This document shows, piece by piece, positions 28,937-32,000 of a DNA stretch of 32,000 nucleotides. The first letter of the stretch is position 1. The number at the start of each line of letters is the position of its first letter. Location of the stretch: the NCBI GenBank assembly GCA_000175855.1, contig ACYB01000005.1, positions 30,178 through 62,177 of the forward strand, given 5' to 3'. Under the pieces are notes generated by a model that saw only the letters and a list, made by a program, of their open reading frames with translations, was not told the DNA's origin and did no database searches. This DNA comes from Raphidiopsis brookii D9 (lineage in GTDB: Bacteria > Cyanobacteriota > Cyanobacteriia > Cyanobacteriales > Nostocaceae). A program made the translations under genes and the position numbers.

Positions 28937-30458
28937 ATGAATTTAAGTATTACAACAAAAACCCCAAGAAAAACTACGATAAAAACTGCCAGAATTAATC
29001 TTTTTCTACTGGCTAGTGCACTCGTAACTGCTATTACATCTACTACTTCGTTAGCCACAGACACTATCAGTGCCCAGGACATAGCACAAATTGCTAAGAA
29101 GACATCTGTACAGATTAATACAGAAGGTGATATTACTCCGGGTGGTTCAGGAGTGATTATTGCCCAACAAGGTAATCGTTATTCTGTACTAACGGCCAAT
29201 CACGTGGTCTGTGATATTATAGACAGGCCGGGAAAAATTACCTGTGCTAAAGACATTACCTATTCTGTAAGAACAAATGATGGCAAAGAATACCCGATTC
29301 AATCACAGGACATTATAGTCCTACAGTCAACCAAAAATGATCCTGATTTAGCCCTAGTTAGCTTTGTAGCTACAGAAGAATATCCCGTAGCTAATTTAGG
29401 TGATTCTGACCAAATGACAGAAGCATCAGATGTGTTTGTGGGGGGTTTTCCAGCAGTATTTGGTAAAGTTGGATCAGCCAGAGATTTTAGTTTTAGTAAA
29501 GGGATTGTTCTTTCGCGTGGTAGAACTTCTATTAATGGGTACAGTTTAATTTACGATGCCAAGACCCTGACCGGGAATAGCGGTGGACCGGTTTTTGATA
29601 TTAAGGGTAGAGTGGTGGGAATTCACGGGTTAGCAGACGCCTCGAATAAAAGTAAAACAGAAACGGGAGAACTAGTATCACAGAAAACCGGATTTAATGC
29701 TGGCATTCCCATTAATACTTTTTTGAACTTCAATAACCCCCTGGTTAAAGATCTGCCAATTAAAAGGAATACCATTGCTACTGGGGAAGCGCCACAAGAA
29801 CGTTTAAATTCTCCCCAATCTGCTCGAGATTTCTATGCCAGAGGTATTACTAAGCTGGAACAGTTTAATTATAAAGAGTCTTTAGCTGATCTTGATCAGG
29901 CGATCAAAATTGACCCCAAATATGCAGAAGCTTATTTCAAACGCGGATATGCTCTCAGTTGGCTGAGAAGATACGAAGAAGCCCTTTTGGACTTTAACCA
30001 GGTAATTGCCTTGGATCCAAATTATTTGGATGGTTATCTCAACCGTGGCTGGACTTATATCTGGTTACAAAATGACCAGGCCGCTCTTGAGGATTTCAAT
30101 CGGGTAATTCGTATCAATCCTAATTATGCTGAGGCATACGCCCATCAAGGTATGGCTTATATTAAGCTGGGCAAGTATCAAGCTGCCCTAGAATCTTCTA
30201 AACAAGCTATTAGGTTGGATCCTAATAAAAGTTATGGGTATACGATTCAAGGTGATGTATTCAATTATCTTAAAGACTATCCTGCTGCTATCAATGTTTC
30301 GACTTTTGCAATTAAAAATTGATCCAGATGATTTTAATGCCTACATAAATCGTGCTTTAGCATATACTCTCACAGGTAATTATTCAGACGCTCTTGTGGA
30401 CTATCAAAAGTCCGCAGAAATTTTTGAAAGACGTTACACCAGAAAACCTTCAAACTAG
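28937..30458 (+). CDS. exported trypsin-like serine protease fused to C-terminal TPR repeats; last TPR split by a 1-nt frame change in an A5 run (pseudogene or sequencing error)
   Basis: Triad TANHVV / DLALVSF / GNSGGPVFD, followed by at least 5 TPR units (..AIKIDPKYAEAYFKRGYA.., ..VIALDPNYLDGYLNRGW.., ..VIRINPNYAEAYAHQGMA.., ..AIRLDPNKSYGY..). ORF 28937-30322 stops at ..FAIKN*. ORF 30234-30458 continues as ..KIDPDDFNAYINRALAYTLTGNYSDALVDYQKSAEIF. Removing one A from AAAAA at 30314-30318 restores FAIKIDPDDFNAY.., a perfect TPR junction. Confidence 0.75.
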
Positions 30459-30853
30459 ATAACCAAAAATATCTGGTATTGAAGGTGCATTACCTACCCT
30501 AACCCACTCTAAAAGAGCGGCGATCGCACTGATAGCGACAAAATTCCCTACCCCTTGAGGTCCTGGGAAGTAACCTGGATTATTCGTCAGAGTAGAATAA
30601 AAATCGCTGAAAGGGTTATACTGCAACAGCTACGGCAATAAGGGTTAATGAGCGATCTCGCGTAGCGAGTGCTTAACAAACGCGGATGGTGAGTACTTCG
30701 CGATCGCCCAGTAGGTGTTGCTACGAAGTTTGTTAAAGCAAATTGTTATTCGCCTAACCCAAAAATATTTTGGTGCCAGGTATCAGAAATGCCTGGAATG
30801 GCAAGGTTTGGTGGAAATCTGGTAGTTTGCAAATGTTTACAGATGCTGGGAAT

Positions 30854-32000
30854 CTATTGTGTGTTACACTCTGCATGTCTGGATAGGACAGCTGCATGTG
30901 TCTCGGGGAGGGAAGCTCTCACGCACCAACGACGCACCCACCCTAAAAATCCATCTCCAAAAACTAACCCAAACACCCACAACACTAACAAAAATGGCCA
31001 CAGCAATGGCCACAGCACATAGACCACAGCAACCAGCAGCAAACCAAACCCCCACCACTCATTCCAAACCCTCTCTGGAGACGTATAGAAGATATCAGTG
31101 AATATAGCTTTTGGTAGGTGACCTGATGGTACTGTTTGTGAAAAGTTTAAGTCTTCATAAGAGAGCCATTTTCCTGTACTCCTCCATCCGATACGGTCTC
31201 CTAATGATTTATATATGTTTCTACTAAGCCCCTTTGTGGAATTCAGGCTTTGGTATATCTGGTACTGAATGGATATACCAAATTTACCTTGACTGTATTT
31301 TAACCACAGTTCGTCGATGGTCTGCAATCCTTTGCAAGGAAAATTTTCTACATCTTCTTTTCTTAGGTAACCTTCTTTTTCTCGGTTTGCTACCTTTAAC
31401 ATGATTTTTCCGGTTTCTATATCTGCTTGCCTAAACTTTTTGGATTTTAATAGTCTATCTAGTCTTGAGAATAGAGGTCTATAACGAGATGATTTAGCTA
31501 ATTTAGTATCTTTTGAAAGCAGTAAGTTATAAACAGCATCTTTAACCTCCCAGGAATCATCTTTTTCTAAGATTTTCAGTAATAAATCAGTTAAGTTATG
31601 GTTAAGTTTGATAGCTTTTGTGTAATCGTCAATGGCACCCTGCTTATCTCCTAACTCGCTGCGTGTATTCCCACGGTTATAGTAAGATTCGGCATCATTA
31701 GGATTAATTTTGATGTCTTGATTATATTTATCTAATTCTCTATACTTTCTCAATATTTCTAGGTATTTATCTCTGTGGTTTTTAAATATGGAACTAATCC
31801 AATTTTTTGATTCTTTAATAGGTAGATCAAGGATAATTTGTGGTGTTATATTCTTGGAATTAACTAGTAATTTGAGTAATTTACTACTAATTTTAGATTG
31901 ACTAATTTGGTAAAAGTATGCAGCTAGGTCATATTCTTTTATTTCAGTAAATAATTTACCTAATATCTTATATTTTTGATATTTCTTGTTTTTCTTATGG
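30854..32000 (-). CDS. TPR + GUN4-domain protein with a C-terminal Trp-rich hydrophobic tail (5' end outside the window)
   Basis: GUN4-domain hallmark: F.QADIETGKIMLKVANREKEGYL..EDVENFPC..L.TIDELWLKYSQGKFGISIQ..IYQSL...LGDRIGWR....W........F....PSGHLP. A TPR unit (INPNDAESYYNRGNTRSELGDKQGAIDDYTKAIKLN) precedes it. My translation shows the frame stays open upstream of the TTG at 31753, all the way to position 32000 (..HKKNKKYQKYKILGKLFTEIKEYDLAAYFYQISQSK..), so the gene is truncated by the window edge. Confidence 0.8.
   Translation of the reverse strand, partial: HKKNKKYQKYKILGKLFTEIKEYDLAAYFYQISQSKISSKLLKLLVNSKNITPQIILDLPIKESKNWISSIFKNHRDKYLEILRKYRELDKYNQDIKINPNDAESYYNRGNTRSELGDKQGAIDDYTKAIKLNHNLTDLLLKILEKDDSWEVKDAVYNLLLSKDTKLAKSSRYRPLFSRLDRLLKSKKFRQADIETGKIMLKVANREKEGYLRKEDVENFPCKGLQTIDELWLKYSQGKFGISIQYQIYQSLNSTKGLSRNIYKSLGDRIGWRSTGKWLSYEDLNFSQTVPSGHLPKAIFTDIFYTSPERVWNEWWGFGLLLVAVVYVLWPLLWPFLLVLWVFGLVFGDGFLGWVRRWCVRASLPETHAAVLSRHAECNTQ

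Noticed and set aside
30660-30736. Complementary segments occur in the 395-bp intergenic region downstream of the protease-TPR gene. CGTAGC (30661-30666) pairs with GCTACG (30720-30725), and TTAACAAAC (30673-30681) pairs with GTTTGTTAA (30728-30736). They are interleaved in a pseudoknot-like order and flank a HIP1 site.
   Set aside because: The stems are short (6 and 9 bp), the topology is unusual, no recognisable riboswitch or sRNA motif is present, and no covariation data are available. This could easily be chance. It would need RNA-seq or comparative alignment before being called an RNA element.
1-32000. I looked for CRISPR arrays, IS elements or transposases, integrases, tRNA/rRNA genes and prophage signatures.
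   Set aside because: I saw no regularly spaced repeats, no terminal inverted repeats flanking ORFs, no cloverleaf-compatible intergenic segments and no DDE or tyrosine-recombinase-like ORFs in any frame. The duplication in the COP23 array is gene amplification, not a mobile element.

Overview
The window looks like chromosomal DNA from a filamentous, AT-rich cyanobacterium, probably Nostocales. The evidence is at least 10 HIP1 octamers GCGATCGC (e.g. 2472-2479, 4369-4376, 15042-15049, 15471-15478, 18504-18511, 21236-21243, 25251-25258, 30520-30527, 30700-30707) plus cyanobacteria-typical genes (GUN4 domain, COP23 domain, hps-type pseudopilin cluster). I found no rRNA, tRNA, CRISPR array, transposase or integrase. 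The left half (1-15034) is almost entirely minus-strand: housekeeping genes (ald 3' end, hisS, GAF-PP2C phosphatase, ftsY, nusB, DUF502) followed by a compact hormogonium-polysaccharide (hps)-like cluster. That cluster has a giant HpsA-like protein, three prepilin-type pseudopilins and an HpsJ-like membrane protein, but no glycosyltransferases. The middle (15334-22730) holds a U32 peptidase, a GH13 glucan hydrolase, a small PD-(D/E)xK-like orphan, glgC and a zinc-finger-less DnaJ. The most unusual part is 23061-30458, a co-directional run of nine exported-protein genes. It comprises five paralogs of a four-cysteine COP23-like domain (three of them a very recent duplication), one DUF1565-type beta-helix protein and two trypsin-like serine proteases, one fused to TPR repeats. 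A convergent TPR-GUN4 protein with a Trp-rich hydrophobic tail runs off the right edge. Three genes (hpsA-like, COP23 paralog 4, protease-TPR) are each broken by a single-nucleotide frame change located exactly in a homopolymer run. These breaks are either real gene decay or phase variation, or homopolymer sequencing errors; raw reads are needed to decide. All functional calls rest on motif and domain recognition by eye; no database search was possible.
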